From Armatimonadota bacterium (GTDB taxonomy: Bacteria > Armatimonadota > UBA5829 > DSUL01), in NCBI GenBank assembly GCA_039811685.1, contig JBDHZC010000009.1, forward strand, positions 1 through 64,000: DNA of 64,000 nt. Direction: 5' to 3'. Below are positions 49,417 through 59,522 of the stretch, piece by piece. The position numbers were made by a program, and so were the translations under genes. The notes under the pieces are model-generated. The model saw nothing but the letters and a program-made list of their open reading frames with translations, was not told the origin of the DNA and made no database searches. Numbering within the stretch: position 1 is the stretch's first letter; each line of letters starts with the position of its first letter.

Positions 49417-50505
49417 ATGAAGACTTCGTTTGCAGCGTTTGTTCTGACAGCCTGTATTAGCGTGGCCCTGGTTGTCTCGCCGCGCGCGTGCGGGGCTGCG
49501 GCCGAGGGCTTCGATGCGCCCTCTTTCTCACTGAAAGATCAGAATGGCAGAGCGCACGCACTGAGTGACTACAAAGGTCAGTGGGTGGTTCTGGCGTTCT
49601 ACCCGGCGGATATGACTCCGGGGTGCACGCTGGAGAATCGGTCGCTGAGAGACTCAAATGCGCAGCTCAAGAAGCTGAACGCGGTGACGCTGGCTGTGAG
49701 CGTGCAGGACTCCGCAAGCCACGCCAGGTTTTGTGAGGCGGAGAAGCTGACGCAGACTCTGCTGGCGGATACTGAGGGCAGCGTTGCACGCTCCTGGGGC
49801 GTTCTGGGAGACAACGGTCTGGCCCGGCGCGTGACTTTCATCATCAATCCACAGGGGCGGATCGCCCGTGTGATGGACAAGGTGAATGTGCAGACGCACG
49901 GGGAGGATGTCGTTGCGGAGATAAGGCGGCTTCAACAGGCAGGCCCCGAACCCACAGTCTACAAGCCGCGCACCCGTGGAATAAAACCGCTCAAAGCCGG
50001 GGAAACCGCGCCACTGTTCAGTCTCCCGGAGGTTGGTTCCGGCAAAGTGGTGGCTCTGAGCGATCTTCGCCACGGCCACAAAGGTGTGCTTGTCGTCTGG
50101 GTGAGCGTGCAGTGTCCGGTATCGAATGCCTACCAGGGCCGTCTGAATGCGCTGAAACAGAAGTACGCGGAATCCGTCGCCTTTGTCGCCATTGACTCCA
50201 ACAGCACAGAGACTCAGCAGCAGATCGAGAAACACTTTGCGCCGCCGGTGCTGGGCTTCGCCGTTCTCAGAGACGTTGAGAACGTTGTTGCCAACGACTA
50301 CGGCGCCAGGGTGACTCCGGAAGCGTTTCTGATTGATAAGGATGGCATTGTGCGCTATCACGGCGCGGTGGACGACTCTCAGGACCCTGCCGGAGTTCAG
50401 ACGAGCTACCTCGACAACGCTCTGAAAGCCTTTGTCACCGGTGATCCGATTGTGCCAACAGACACCAGAGCCTTTGGCTGTTCAATTCAGCGAGTGAGGA
50501 AGTAG
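49417..50505 (+). CDS. Exported two-domain redoxin (BCP peroxiredoxin-like plus thioredoxin-like)
   Basis: Signal peptide; FYPADMTPGCTLE; second domain CPVSNAY, TPEAFLID, YHGAVDD, GCSI. Confidence 0.88.
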   Translation: MKTSFAAFVLTACISVALVVSPRACGAAAEGFDAPSFSLKDQNGRAHALSDYKGQWVVLAFYPADMTPGCTLENRSLRDSNAQLKKLNAVTLAVSVQDSASHARFCEAEKLTQTLLADTEGSVARSWGVLGDNGLARRVTFIINPQGRIARVMDKVNVQTHGEDVVAEIRRLQQAGPEPTVYKPRTRGIKPLKAGETAPLFSLPEVGSGKVVALSDLRHGHKGVLVVWVSVQCPVSNAYQGRLNALKQKYAESVAFVAIDSNSTETQQQIEKHFAPPVLGFAVLRDVENVVANDYGARVTPEAFLIDKDGIVRYHGAVDDSQDPAGVQTSYLDNALKAFVTGDPIVPTDTRAFGCSIQRVRK

Positions 50506-50610
50506 AGGCAGACCGCCCACGGAATGACCCGCCGACTCCTTCGAGGGCGCCGCCTGGTCTGGAGGGCACTGTTCTGCTTTAGTCCCTCCAGTTGGATCGC
50601 TCCAGAACGG

Positions 50611-51114
50611 TCAGTCCGCAATCACCTTGTAGGTTCTGGACTCAGAAGCCACCAGAGGCGGGGCGCCGCCGTCTTTCGTCGCCTCGGCCACGTCCTTGAA
50701 CACGCGCTTGTGGCCATCACGGAACTCCTCTGACTTGGTCCAGGCGAGGAAGGTCTCTTCAGACTCCCACAGTGTCATTACTAGATAGGACAGCGGCTTC
50801 TTGCTGTCCTGAAGCACGCGCATCGCCACAAAGCCAGGGCTGCCGTCAATGGCGTGTACGCGGCTCTTGAAGAGCTTCTCAAAGCGCGCCTGATAGCTCT
50901 TTGCGCAGGTGATCTCGTTGATCACGATGCACCCGATTCTGGCAGCCTGTTCTTTGCTGACGGTCTGGTCCTTACTCAGAGCTGCAGAGACTACCGCTGC
51001 GGCTCCGGGCTCCCTGGGCTCAGCGACGCGGTTGCTCATGTTCGCTCCCTGCGTTACAGCCACCGCGCTGACAAGCACGACGGAAAGCACCTCAAGCAGT
51101 TTCATCTTCATCAA
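50611..51114 (-). CDS. ABM/IsdG-like monooxygenase with N-terminal signal peptide
   Basis: INEI, PGFVAMRVL, WESEETFLAWTKSEEFRDGH. Confidence 0.8.
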   Translation of the reverse strand: MMKMKLLEVLSVVLVSAVAVTQGANMSNRVAEPREPGAAAVVSAALSKDQTVSKEQAARIGCIVINEITCAKSYQARFEKLFKSRVHAIDGSPGFVAMRVLQDSKKPLSYLVMTLWESEETFLAWTKSEEFRDGHKRVFKDVAEATKDGGAPPLVASESRTYKVIAD

Positions 51115-51431
51115 GTTGTATCCCTTTTACATGCCACTCAGTAGCATGTAATGTGTCCATGACCGCGCTCCTTGGGAGAGGGCGGCCTGCAAGAGTCACA
51201 TGCAACTGAGTGGTATCTAGATGCGATGGCATCCACTGTGTGTGAGACGCCGGGGGCCGATGTCCTCTTTCAGAGTTTGCAGCGGCTGTTGCTCGGGCGT
51301 CCCGTGCCCTATCCAGAAAAAGACACGCTTCAGTACTGGTACTATTGGTCTCTTTTCATCTGGGGTGACGGTTACGCATTATACCGTAGATGCAACCGAT
51401 TTGCACCTGGTCTGGCCATAAAAAAGGAAAA

Positions 51432-52151
51432 ATGAAGATGGTGAAAAAGCTGGCCGTCGCCGCCGTTTTCGGCGCTTCTATCGTTGCAGCGTGGGCTGCC
51501 CTTCCCACATCTGTAATCGCGGCGCCCTCCGGGCTCAATCTGATCCCCACCGCCGAGGTCCTGCCCAAGAACGCACTCAGTCTGGAGATGGAGACTCCCC
51601 ACGTGCGAGGTCTGTGGAACGGCAAAGACAGTGTCTGGATGATGACTCAGATGGGGCTGGGGGCAGGCATTGAGGCAGGCATTGACTGGAGCCCGCGAGA
51701 CAGAAAGGCTGTCTTCAATGCCAAAGCGCGCTTGCTGCAAAGTGGAAAGAACGCCGTGCATCTGACGGCGGGTGTGCAGGGAATCACACAGCGCTGCGCG
51801 GCTCAGCCTTACGCCGTCGCCACTCACTTCCACAGTCGGGCGACGCTGCACGCGGGCGCTATGCGCATCGAGCGCGCCACCAGTCTGATAGCGGGCGCTT
51901 CTTATCTAATCAGCCCGCAATGCGTGCTGCAGGTGGACTACACGTCAGGGGCTCTGAACAGCTCTTCTGCCGGCATCGCCTGTCAGATAAGCGATAGCAT
52001 CACCGTCACGCTGGCTCACACAGTGGGCAACTCTTCTCTATGCGGCAACTCGACGTTGCTGAACGTCTCTTTGTCCTGTGCCCTGGACAGATCTCACGCT
52101 TCATCAGCGAGTGACGCGGTCCGTGGACATGAGGAGCTTCCGTCAAAGTGA
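51432..52151 (+). CDS. Exported hypothetical protein (possible small outer-membrane beta-barrel)
   Basis: Signal peptide; APSGLNLIPTAEVL start; alternating beta-strand pattern. Confidence 0.6.
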   Translation: MKMVKKLAVAAVFGASIVAAWAALPTSVIAAPSGLNLIPTAEVLPKNALSLEMETPHVRGLWNGKDSVWMMTQMGLGAGIEAGIDWSPRDRKAVFNAKARLLQSGKNAVHLTAGVQGITQRCAAQPYAVATHFHSRATLHAGAMRIERATSLIAGASYLISPQCVLQVDYTSGALNSSSAGIACQISDSITVTLAHTVGNSSLCGNSTLLNVSLSCALDRSHASSASDAVRGHEELPSK

Positions 52152-52249
52152 TTGTGACATGGGGCAAGCTGGAGGTTCGCCCGTCGCTCGACGGTCTGAG
52201 GCTACCTGGCTGGAATAGTATCAGCCTGCGACCCCAACCGGAAAGAGGC

Positions 52250-52510
52250 TTACTTGAGTTTGTGCGGGTGTGTCGCTAGCATTAAGACTGTCGCGGCGAA
52301 CGTGATGGCCAGAAGTGCCAGCAGCCCCGCCCAGATGCCGCGGCCGAAAGTAGGCAGCCTGTCGCGGTACATGAAGTAGGCGATTACGGGCGGAAAGCAC
52401 ATCAGAAACGGGCCGATGAGCGCAAATACGAAGCCGAGCGTCCAGTCAGCCCACTTGAAACCTGTGAGCAGTCTGCGCTGGTACGGGAGTATCAGATCAT
52501 CGCTGTTCAA
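52250..52510 (-). CDS. Small membrane protein
   Basis: Two hydrophobic segments; downstream of nfu on the same strand. Confidence 0.55.
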   Translation of the reverse strand: MNSDDLILPYQRRLLTGFKWADWTLGFVFALIGPFLMCFPPVIAYFMYRDRLPTFGRGIWAGLLALLAITFAATVLMLATHPHKLK

Positions 52511-52562
52511 ATGTCGCTGGTTTCAAGGTTGTGCGCCCACGCGCAGGCAGAAGAGGCGCAGG

Positions 52563-53123
52563 CTAGAGCTGAATCACTTCCTGAATCTCTGGAATCTCCG
52601 CCTTCAGCATGTTCTCCACACCCATCTTCAGCGTCATCATCGAGCTCGGGCAGGTGCCGCAGGAGCCTTCCAGGCGCAGCAGTACAATCCCGTTCTGGTA
52701 ACCCTCGTAGTTGATGTCGCCGCCGTCGCGGGCGACTGCGGGACGAACGCGCGTGTCCAGAACCTCCATAATGCGCTTTTCAATCTCCGTATCGCCTGAG
52801 GCAAAGGTGATGTTAGGCGTGATCCGCTCTTCATCCACCAGTGGGATATCAGCCGTGAGAACGTCTTTCATCGTGTGCGTCACGGGGATGAGGCTCTCCC
52901 AGTCAGCTTCCGGCTTTTTTGTGATGGAGATGAAGGTGCGTCCGATGAAAACGCTCTCCACCGCGTCAAACTCAAAGAGCTTCTCGGGCAGAGGCGATCC
53001 GGTGGCCGCTTCTTTGTCCTTGAAGTTCGCCGTCCCCTTCTCAAGAAGGGTGCGGTTGACGTTGAACTTAACAGTGTTGGGATTGGGTGTGCCTTCCGCG
53101 GTTATGCTTAGCTGCTGACTCAA
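52563..53123 (-). CDS. NifU/Nfu family Fe-S cluster carrier (Nfu_N plus NifU_C)
   Basis: TPNPNTVKF; VRPAVARDGGD; GSCGTCPSS. Confidence 0.93.
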   Translation of the reverse strand: MSQQLSITAEGTPNPNTVKFNVNRTLLEKGTANFKDKEAATGSPLPEKLFEFDAVESVFIGRTFISITKKPEADWESLIPVTHTMKDVLTADIPLVDEERITPNITFASGDTEIEKRIMEVLDTRVRPAVARDGGDINYEGYQNGIVLLRLEGSCGTCPSSMMTLKMGVENMLKAEIPEIQEVIQL

Positions 53124-53404
53124 ATCGCTGACTCCTATGAGTGTTCTTACAACTCATGATAACGCTATTTTCGTCGAATTTATTCCAGGAGAGGATTATT
53201 GAACATTCTCCTGCAGCAAAGTCTCAGTGAGTTTGGCCGTCCTCTCACAAATGTTTTAGCGATTGGGTCAACGCCAGCCCCGGCGCGCCAGTAGAGAGCT
53301 CAATTAGTTCCCTGGAACAAGACTGTGGCCCATCCTGGCTGTAGGCCTGACACGGCTATCTACCGACAGATTGCCCGGGCAGATCAATTTGGTGAGTCCA
53401 AATA

Positions 53405-54628
53405 TTGCGTTCCAGGCGCTGGGTACGGGTAAAATTGCCCCGAATTATGCAGGACGGGAAAAGCTCAGGTTTCGGGGATAGCCTACGCCGAATTGTCGTA
53501 ATCCGCACAGGCAACTTCATTGGTGACGTGGTAATCACCACCCCTGTTTTGGACGCGCTTCGTCAACACTATCCAGAGGCGTTCATTTCGCTTGTCGCGG
53601 ATATGCCGGGTGCGGCGCTGATGGAGAATCATCCGTCGCTGGATGAAGTCATCGTCTACAGACAGGCGGATCGCTATCGCACAAACCGGATGCGCACGAC
53701 GCTCAAGGAACATTGGGACACCTTCCGCCGCATCCGCGCCGGCGCCTTTGACTCCGCCTTTGTCCTGCATCCACAGGAGCGGGCTGCTCTTCTCGGGCGG
53801 TTCAGTGCCGCGCCACTGCGCGTGGGGTTTTCCCGTGGCGGTTACAACGACTCCGTTTACAGGAGTATCTACAGTCTCGTGATTCCATGGCCGGAAGATG
53901 ACTGCGGCAGGAATCAAAGCGACCGTCTGTTGGACGCGGTCCGAGCTATCGGGCTGACGACTCCGCCACCCAGGCTGTCCCTTGCTGTTAACCCGGAGGC
54001 GTTTCAGTCTATTCTGCCGCTCGTGCAGCGCCTGCGACATCCCAGGGTGGCTCTGCATACTGGTCCGAAAGGACAGTCCAAGAGCTGGACAGTGGAAGGA
54101 TGGCGAGAGGTAGTAAAGCATCTGCGCGAGGCCTGGAATGCGTCAGTGATTTTTGTCGGCTCTGAGAGGGAACAGGCATCTGTGCAAGACGTTATCCCAA
54201 ACGCACTGGCCGGTGTCTATTCTGCGGCTGGCGGATGGACTTTGAAGGAAACAGCCGCGCTTTTGAGTTGCGTTGATGTATTTGTGGGAGTAGATAGTGG
54301 GCCGCTGCACGTAGCTGCCGCTGTGGGATGTCCGACGGTTATGCTTTCAGGGCCTACTGACGCCAGGCGGTGGAATCCTGTCGGGGGATGTCATCTGGCC
54401 GTGCGGGCCCAGCCTTTTCCATGCCCATGCTGTGACTGCAAGAAAGAGGGGCCCTTGCCCTGCATGGAAGCTATTTCAGCCGAGAGTGTAATCGCGGCCG
54501 TCAACCAACTCTTGAAGCAGTCAGAGGACTCCCCACTTCGAAGTCTTAGTTACGACTGGACGCGCGAACGGAACTCCGCGACACCGCGCACGCCCGGGCG
54601 CAGGCGGAACAAGGCGCCCCAGCTCTGA
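53405..54628 (+). CDS. GT9 family glycosyltransferase (LPS heptosyltransferase-like); start uncertain
   Basis: IGDVVITTP, DSGPLHVAAAVG, GPT. Confidence 0.9.
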   Translation: MRSRRWVRVKLPRIMQDGKSSGFGDSLRRIVVIRTGNFIGDVVITTPVLDALRQHYPEAFISLVADMPGAALMENHPSLDEVIVYRQADRYRTNRMRTTLKEHWDTFRRIRAGAFDSAFVLHPQERAALLGRFSAAPLRVGFSRGGYNDSVYRSIYSLVIPWPEDDCGRNQSDRLLDAVRAIGLTTPPPRLSLAVNPEAFQSILPLVQRLRHPRVALHTGPKGQSKSWTVEGWREVVKHLREAWNASVIFVGSEREQASVQDVIPNALAGVYSAAGGWTLKETAALLSCVDVFVGVDSGPLHVAAAVGCPTVMLSGPTDARRWNPVGGCHLAVRAQPFPCPCCDCKKEGPLPCMEAISAESVIAAVNQLLKQSEDSPLRSLSYDWTRERNSATPRTPGRRRNKAPQL

Positions 54629-55410
54629 TCTGCCGGCCTGTCTTTTCCGTCTGCAGTGGTGACGTAGAGGTCCTCGAAGCTCTCTCCTCCGAAAGCGACG
54701 CTTGTCACGAAAGGAGCGGGAATCGGAATGCGCAGCATCTCTTTGCCTGCATGGTCGTAGCGGATGACGCAGCTTCCGCCCCATATCGCGGACCAGATGC
54801 AGCCCTCGGAGTCCACGGTCATCCCATCCGGAACCCACTCATCGTGCTCCAGGCGGTGGAACACGCGCTGATTGCTGATGGCTCCCGTTGCGAGGTCATA
54901 GTCGAAGACATAAATGACGCGGTTGGCGCTGTCAGTGTAGTACAGAGCCGTCTTGTCCAGCGTGAAGCCAAGCCCGTTGGACAATCCTATGCCATCCACA
55001 ACTCGCACGACACTCCGGTCTGTGTCCAGCCTGTAGAGCCGCGCCGGATGCGGGCTCTCGCCAAGAGTGCCGCAGAAGACCCTTCCGCCAGGATCGGCGA
55101 TGACGTCATTGAAGCGTGTGGCGCGCTCCTCTTCAATCTCTTCTACGACAGTGATGAGTTCCGTGTCCCGGAGTAGCTTCACCGCCCCGCGCTCCCCAAA
55201 GAGCAGAAGGTCACCGTTTTCCTGAAGAGTGAACCCACCCACAACGTCTCCTTCATAAATGGTGCCGTGACTGTGTGTCGCGGGGTTGTAGGCGAAGATG
55301 ACTCCACGCGGTATGTCCGTCCAGTAGAGGAGCTTTGCGCTGTCATCCCACAGCGGGTTTTCTCCGCACTCGCATGCGTAGTCTGCAATCATCTCAAGCT
55401 CGAGCTTCAT
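54550..55410 (-). CDS. SMP-30/gluconolactonase/LRE family protein
   Basis: GENPLWD, RFNDV, SNGLGF, PDGMTVD. Confidence 0.93.
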   Translation of the reverse strand: MKLELEMIADYACECGENPLWDDSAKLLYWTDIPRGVIFAYNPATHSHGTIYEGDVVGGFTLQENGDLLLFGERGAVKLLRDTELITVVEEIEEERATRFNDVIADPGGRVFCGTLGESPHPARLYRLDTDRSVVRVVDGIGLSNGLGFTLDKTALYYTDSANRVIYVFDYDLATGAISNQRVFHRLEHDEWVPDGMTVDSEGCIWSAIWGGSCVIRYDHAGKEMLRIPIPAPFVTSVAFGGESFEDLYVTTADGKDRPADQSWGALFRLRPGVRGVAEFRSRVQS

Positions 55411-55668
55411 AGGCGCTTGATTCCTCTTCAACGCCCGGATTTCCTGTATTTCGGCCTTGCGCTCTGACCATCATCCTCCGCGTAGAGTGGAAGAAATTCC
55501 GGCGCTCGAGTCTGGCGGTAAGCTTGTGGATCGCCGGAAAGGCATGGTTTTGTGCGCGGAATTTGGGGTACACGCCCGATGTGTGCCTGAGATATCCTGC
55601 GCTAAGCTACTTCAGGCGCGCACCACTGCCCACATGCGCGCCATAGCAGAAGTAAAGGAGATCGCACA

Positions 55669-56397
55669 TTGATCAGACGCTTTGCGTCCACACTTGCCGT
55701 TGCAGTGTTCGTGGGACTGGCCATTAACGCGCATGCGGCGACCTATCAGTCTATTGATTCAGCAGATATCTGGTACTATCCGTTTGGCAGCGGTTCGGCG
55801 GATCTGCGCATCTGGGGAGACGGCGTCAACGCGCTGTCACCCACCTATCCTTCCGGCCACACGACTTCCCACGCCTATATGAAGTGGGATATGTCGTCCA
55901 TTCCGGCTGGCAGCTACACCGTTCAGAGCGCAAAGCTGGTGGTGACTCAGCAAACGCCTGGCTTCACGCTGCAGGAAGGGCTGGATTCCCCCCTCGAAGC
56001 GCGGCAGCTCGGGAGCAACTTCGACGAGAGCACGTGGGACTTCTACGCGGCGGGCAATCCGACACCCGGAGCGGTTTACGGGACGAGTGACCTCTCCAAC
56101 TACAATGCATCAGGACCTTTTCAGATTGAGATCAATCTGCTGAGTGGGCCGGCAGACTTTGCCGCTGCGTTCAATCAGGCTGTGAATGGCAATCAGCAGC
56201 TTGCGCTTGCGGCGACGTCCAAAATCGCCCTGGCCGGGCCAGGCGGAAGCACCTACTACAGGCTCTACTCTAACGAGACACCGACCAGCGCGCCTCAGCT
56301 TGTCGTTCAATACGCACCTGTGCCAGAGCCTTCCAGTCTTCTGGCGCTTGCCGGAGCGCTCACCGGCGCAGTGGGTCTGTTGCGGCGCAGGCGCTAG
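55669..56397 (+). CDS. PEP-CTERM protein with DNRLRE/CBM96-like domain
   Basis: AAGGAG RBS with TTG start; signal peptide; AYMKWDMSSIP..VQSAKL; VPEPSSLLALAG..RRRR. Confidence 0.88.
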   Translation: MIRRFASTLAVAVFVGLAINAHAATYQSIDSADIWYYPFGSGSADLRIWGDGVNALSPTYPSGHTTSHAYMKWDMSSIPAGSYTVQSAKLVVTQQTPGFTLQEGLDSPLEARQLGSNFDESTWDFYAAGNPTPGAVYGTSDLSNYNASGPFQIEINLLSGPADFAAAFNQAVNGNQQLALAATSKIALAGPGGSTYYRLYSNETPTSAPQLVVQYAPVPEPSSLLALAGALTGAVGLLRRRR

Positions 56398-56458
56398 CAA
56401 GCCCGTTTCTCATTTCTGAGAGATACAAATCACACAGCCGCCCGGTATGACGCCTGTT

Positions 56459-57295
56459 TCACATGGTGGAATGCCTGGCGGCTGTCCGCTCTTTCGGGCG
56501 GCCGAAGCGCTGCGTGAGGACATCTGTCACTTCCGCGCCAACAAGCGTGACGAAGGAGAGGTAATAACACGCCAGCAGGATGATCACCACGCCTGTGAAC
56601 GAGCCGTACATCTTGTCGAAGTGTCCGAAGTTGCGAAAATACAGCAGCAGCCCCGCATTCGCCAGCGTCCACATAAGTGAGGTGGCCGCGCCTCCAATCA
56701 GAGCGAAGCGCCACGCCAGCTCCAGGCGTGGCAGGACTCGATAAGCCGCGGCGAATATCATCGCCATCAGAGCGAAGCCGGCCATCCAGCTTGCGGCGCG
56801 AGTTGCCGCCGGGTAGGGTATGAGACCGACTACATAGGTCGAAATGAGCGACAGAGTGCTGAGCATTCCCGCGATTACCACAAAAAGCAGGGCGCGAAAG
56901 CGCGCGGTGATCCAGCTCAGATGCACCTGCGCCCCAAAAACCCGGTTCAGCGCCACCTGTGTCGCCAGGACCACCTGGATACCTGTCCACAGCAGGCCCA
57001 GAAGCGCAATCAGCCCGGTCACTCCACGTATCGCGCTGACGTGCTCCAGAAGCTGGTAGAAGTCAATACCGGACGCTTTGAGCACCGGGAGATTCTGGGA
57101 GAGGATGTCCAGCGTCTGCTCACGCGCGCCCTCCATCCCCAGCCAGATGCCAAGCGCGCTGACACCCGCGAGGAGCAACGGAAAGATAGACATCCACGCG
57201 TAGAAGGCGATAGCTGCGGCTGCAAAGCTGATCTGGTCCTGGACGATTTTGCGGAAAAGGTCCCTGAAAAACTGCCACACCGGCTGGATGTTCAT
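56459..57295 (-). CDS. YihY/BrkB family inner-membrane protein
   Basis: AAAIAFY..SIFPLLL, ALNRV, YGSFTGV, GAE. Confidence 0.92.
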   Translation of the reverse strand: MNIQPVWQFFRDLFRKIVQDQISFAAAAIAFYAWMSIFPLLLAGVSALGIWLGMEGAREQTLDILSQNLPVLKASGIDFYQLLEHVSAIRGVTGLIALLGLLWTGIQVVLATQVALNRVFGAQVHLSWITARFRALLFVVIAGMLSTLSLISTYVVGLIPYPAATRAASWMAGFALMAMIFAAAYRVLPRLELAWRFALIGGAATSLMWTLANAGLLLYFRNFGHFDKMYGSFTGVVIILLACYYLSFVTLVGAEVTDVLTQRFGRPKERTAARHSTM

Positions 57296-57438
57296 AGCGC
57301 TAGCATACCACCGGAAGGCCGAAAGTCCAAGAACGCCGTGACTGAGAGAGCCTCAGCAGCCTCGACAGCGTTGGATGGGCAGCGTCCCGGGAACGGCAGA
57401 GCTCCCAGAACGCTGGCGAAAGCTGGGCGTTGTGATGT

Positions 57439-58674
57439 CTAGCGCAGGTCTGAGAGCGGGCGCTTGCCGTCGCGCAGGATGTCGTATTTGCCGGTTATAC
57501 TGAGGCGCTCCCGCACCAGCTCCTGCGCCGTGTCAGATTCTTTGGCTGCCTCACCCATCAGAAAGACGCATGAGACGCGGTCGTCTTTGACGTAAACGCT
57601 GCAGATGGACTCCCTGGACGGTGTAACGCGCTGGATGACCTGATCTGCCTCGGAAGGATCGCCCCACAGCTCCCAGGTCAGATCGTAGATGTCGGAGAAG
57701 AACATTGAGACAGCGTTGAAAGTCTCGCCTGCGCCCGCCAGGTTGCGCCCGGCTGTCTGCCCCTGTTTCTCCGCGTTGTCCCAGTGTTCGGTGCGGCGTC
57801 TGCGCTGGAAGATCGGGTCGTAGAAGTTGGCGACGTCTCCGGCGGCGAAAATGTCTGGCTTGCTGGTCTGCAGGTGTTCGTCTACGACGATTCCATTGTT
57901 CACCTCAAGACGGCTCTCTTCCGCCAGTTGCACGTTCGGCCGAACTCCAATAGCGATTACCACCGCGTCCGTGCTGAGTTTCTGGCCATTCTTCGTGTGA
58001 ACCATGTTGACGCGACCCGCGCCCCGAAAACCTTCCGGCTCATCTCCCAGCAGGAAGCGGACGCCATTGCTCTCAAAGTAGCTGCGGAAGAAATCGCTCA
58101 CGGCCGGATTGTTGAGTTTCTCCCACACTTGCTCGGAGCGTGAAATGACTGTCGTTTTAATCTGCTTCTGAGAAAATCCGCTGGCCAGCTCCATGCCTAT
58201 AAAGCTGCCGCCGACGATTACGACTTCGTTGAGCTCCTCTGCTGCCTTCTTCAGACGGTCGCTGTCCAGAACTGTGCGCAGATAGTGCAGCCCTTCCAGT
58301 CCCCGGCCCGGGCCGGGGAAGCGAAAGACGCTGGATCCGGTGGCGATCAACGCTTTTTCAAACTTGATGCTCTTGTTCAACTCGAGTTCGCACACATGAG
58401 CTGCGGGGTCGATGAGACGGGCGCGCCGGCTGTACCAGACGTCTATCCCGTTTTCATCGTAGAAGCTCTGTGGTTTGATGAGGATGTCGTCCTGGGACTC
58501 TTTGCCGAGGAAGTAACCTTTGGAAAGCGGCGGACGGTGGTAGGGAGGGGTGTTCTCGGCGGTGACGATAGTGGTGGCCCCTTTCGCGCTCGGGTCAGCT
58601 TCAATGAGCTGCTCCACCGCGCTAGCCGCGGCCAGACCCCCGCCAATAATCAGATACTTTGCAGCACGTGTCAT
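57439..58674 (-). CDS. NAD(P)/FAD-dependent oxidoreductase (ferredoxin reductase-like)
   Basis: GGGLAA, PYHRPPLSK, GGSFIGMELA, AAGDVA, EHWDNA. Confidence 0.93.
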   Translation of the reverse strand: MTRAAKYLIIGGGLAAASAVEQLIEADPSAKGATTIVTAENTPPYHRPPLSKGYFLGKESQDDILIKPQSFYDENGIDVWYSRRARLIDPAAHVCELELNKSIKFEKALIATGSSVFRFPGPGRGLEGLHYLRTVLDSDRLKKAAEELNEVVIVGGSFIGMELASGFSQKQIKTTVISRSEQVWEKLNNPAVSDFFRSYFESNGVRFLLGDEPEGFRGAGRVNMVHTKNGQKLSTDAVVIAIGVRPNVQLAEESRLEVNNGIVVDEHLQTSKPDIFAAGDVANFYDPIFQRRRRTEHWDNAEKQGQTAGRNLAGAGETFNAVSMFFSDIYDLTWELWGDPSEADQVIQRVTPSRESICSVYVKDDRVSCVFLMGEAAKESDTAQELVRERLSITGKYDILRDGKRPLSDLR

Positions 58675-58815
58675 AACTCCCTCCTTGCGTGTCAGTCTTT
58701 GATAATGTGCCAGAAACAGTTGGCGCTCGGGCGTCTGAGAGAATAACTGGCTCTCCCGCTACTGCGCGGTCTGCGGACGCCCGCTCCGCCGCTATTGTAC
58801 CCAATGCGCTAGCAA

Positions 58816-58845
58816 TTGACGCGCGCCGCGTGCTGCGATTATAAT
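58816..58845 (+). promoter_or_regulatory. Sigma-70 promoter of rpoZ-dnaK-dnaJ
   Basis: TTGACG-N18-TATAAT. Confidence 0.65.
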
Positions 58846-59051
58846 CGTTAGTTGTGCCGGTGTGACTGTCAGGGCGATGTGACAGTACGCCCCGCACACA
58901 AGCCGCGTGCGTCTGTCGTTGCGGGCGCGGACTTCGCTTTTCCTGCGTAATGCAGGGTATCCTCACTGTGGCAGGGGCGGCTATCCAGCCTGCCGTTGCC
59001 AAATCAGGTGGCTGTGACGACGCCACTGTTTGGGAGAACCAGACCAGCAAC

Positions 59052-59510
59052 ATGGCAGATACTGAGAATATGACGAGTGTGCCCGGAGAAGAGGGGCAGA
59101 CGTCTCCGGGACCGCAGGCTTCCGACCTTGAGCCCAGCGTGATGGCGGAGAACAGCTACGGACTGACTGAAGAAGAGATGGCGCTTGCCACGATCCAGGA
59201 TGACCCCGCGGGCGGGGCGCTGGGGTCTCTTGAAGAGACGGACAACGAAGCCAGTTATGGCGATGCGTCCAGCGCTGAGCAGCAGTTTGTGGACGAAGAC
59301 GGACGCCCGGAGCTGAACCTGCCGACCACAGAGTCGCGCTATGCGTATGTGGTGCTGGCGGCCAAACGCGCCAAGCAGATTCGGGACGGCGGCCGCGCCT
59401 TCGTTCAGATTTCCAGTCCCAATGTGCTTACGACGGCGATGCAGGAGATCACAAACAAGAAGATCGGTTACAGGCTGGCGGAGGAAGACGGCAAGCCGGC
59501 TGACGACTGA
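59052..59510 (+). CDS. rpoZ: RNA polymerase omega subunit with long acidic N-terminal extension
   Basis: C-terminal SRYAYVVLAAKRAKQI...LTTAMQEI omega core. Confidence 0.85.
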   Translation: MADTENMTSVPGEEGQTSPGPQASDLEPSVMAENSYGLTEEEMALATIQDDPAGGALGSLEETDNEASYGDASSAEQQFVDEDGRPELNLPTTESRYAYVVLAAKRAKQIRDGGRAFVQISSPNVLTTAMQEITNKKIGYRLAEEDGKPADD

Positions 59511-59522
59511 CGGATCGGGTCG

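Noticed and set aside
55540..55555. Sigma-54-like site before the third PEP-CTERM gene
   Set aside because: GG-to-GC spacing is 11 nt instead of the required 10.
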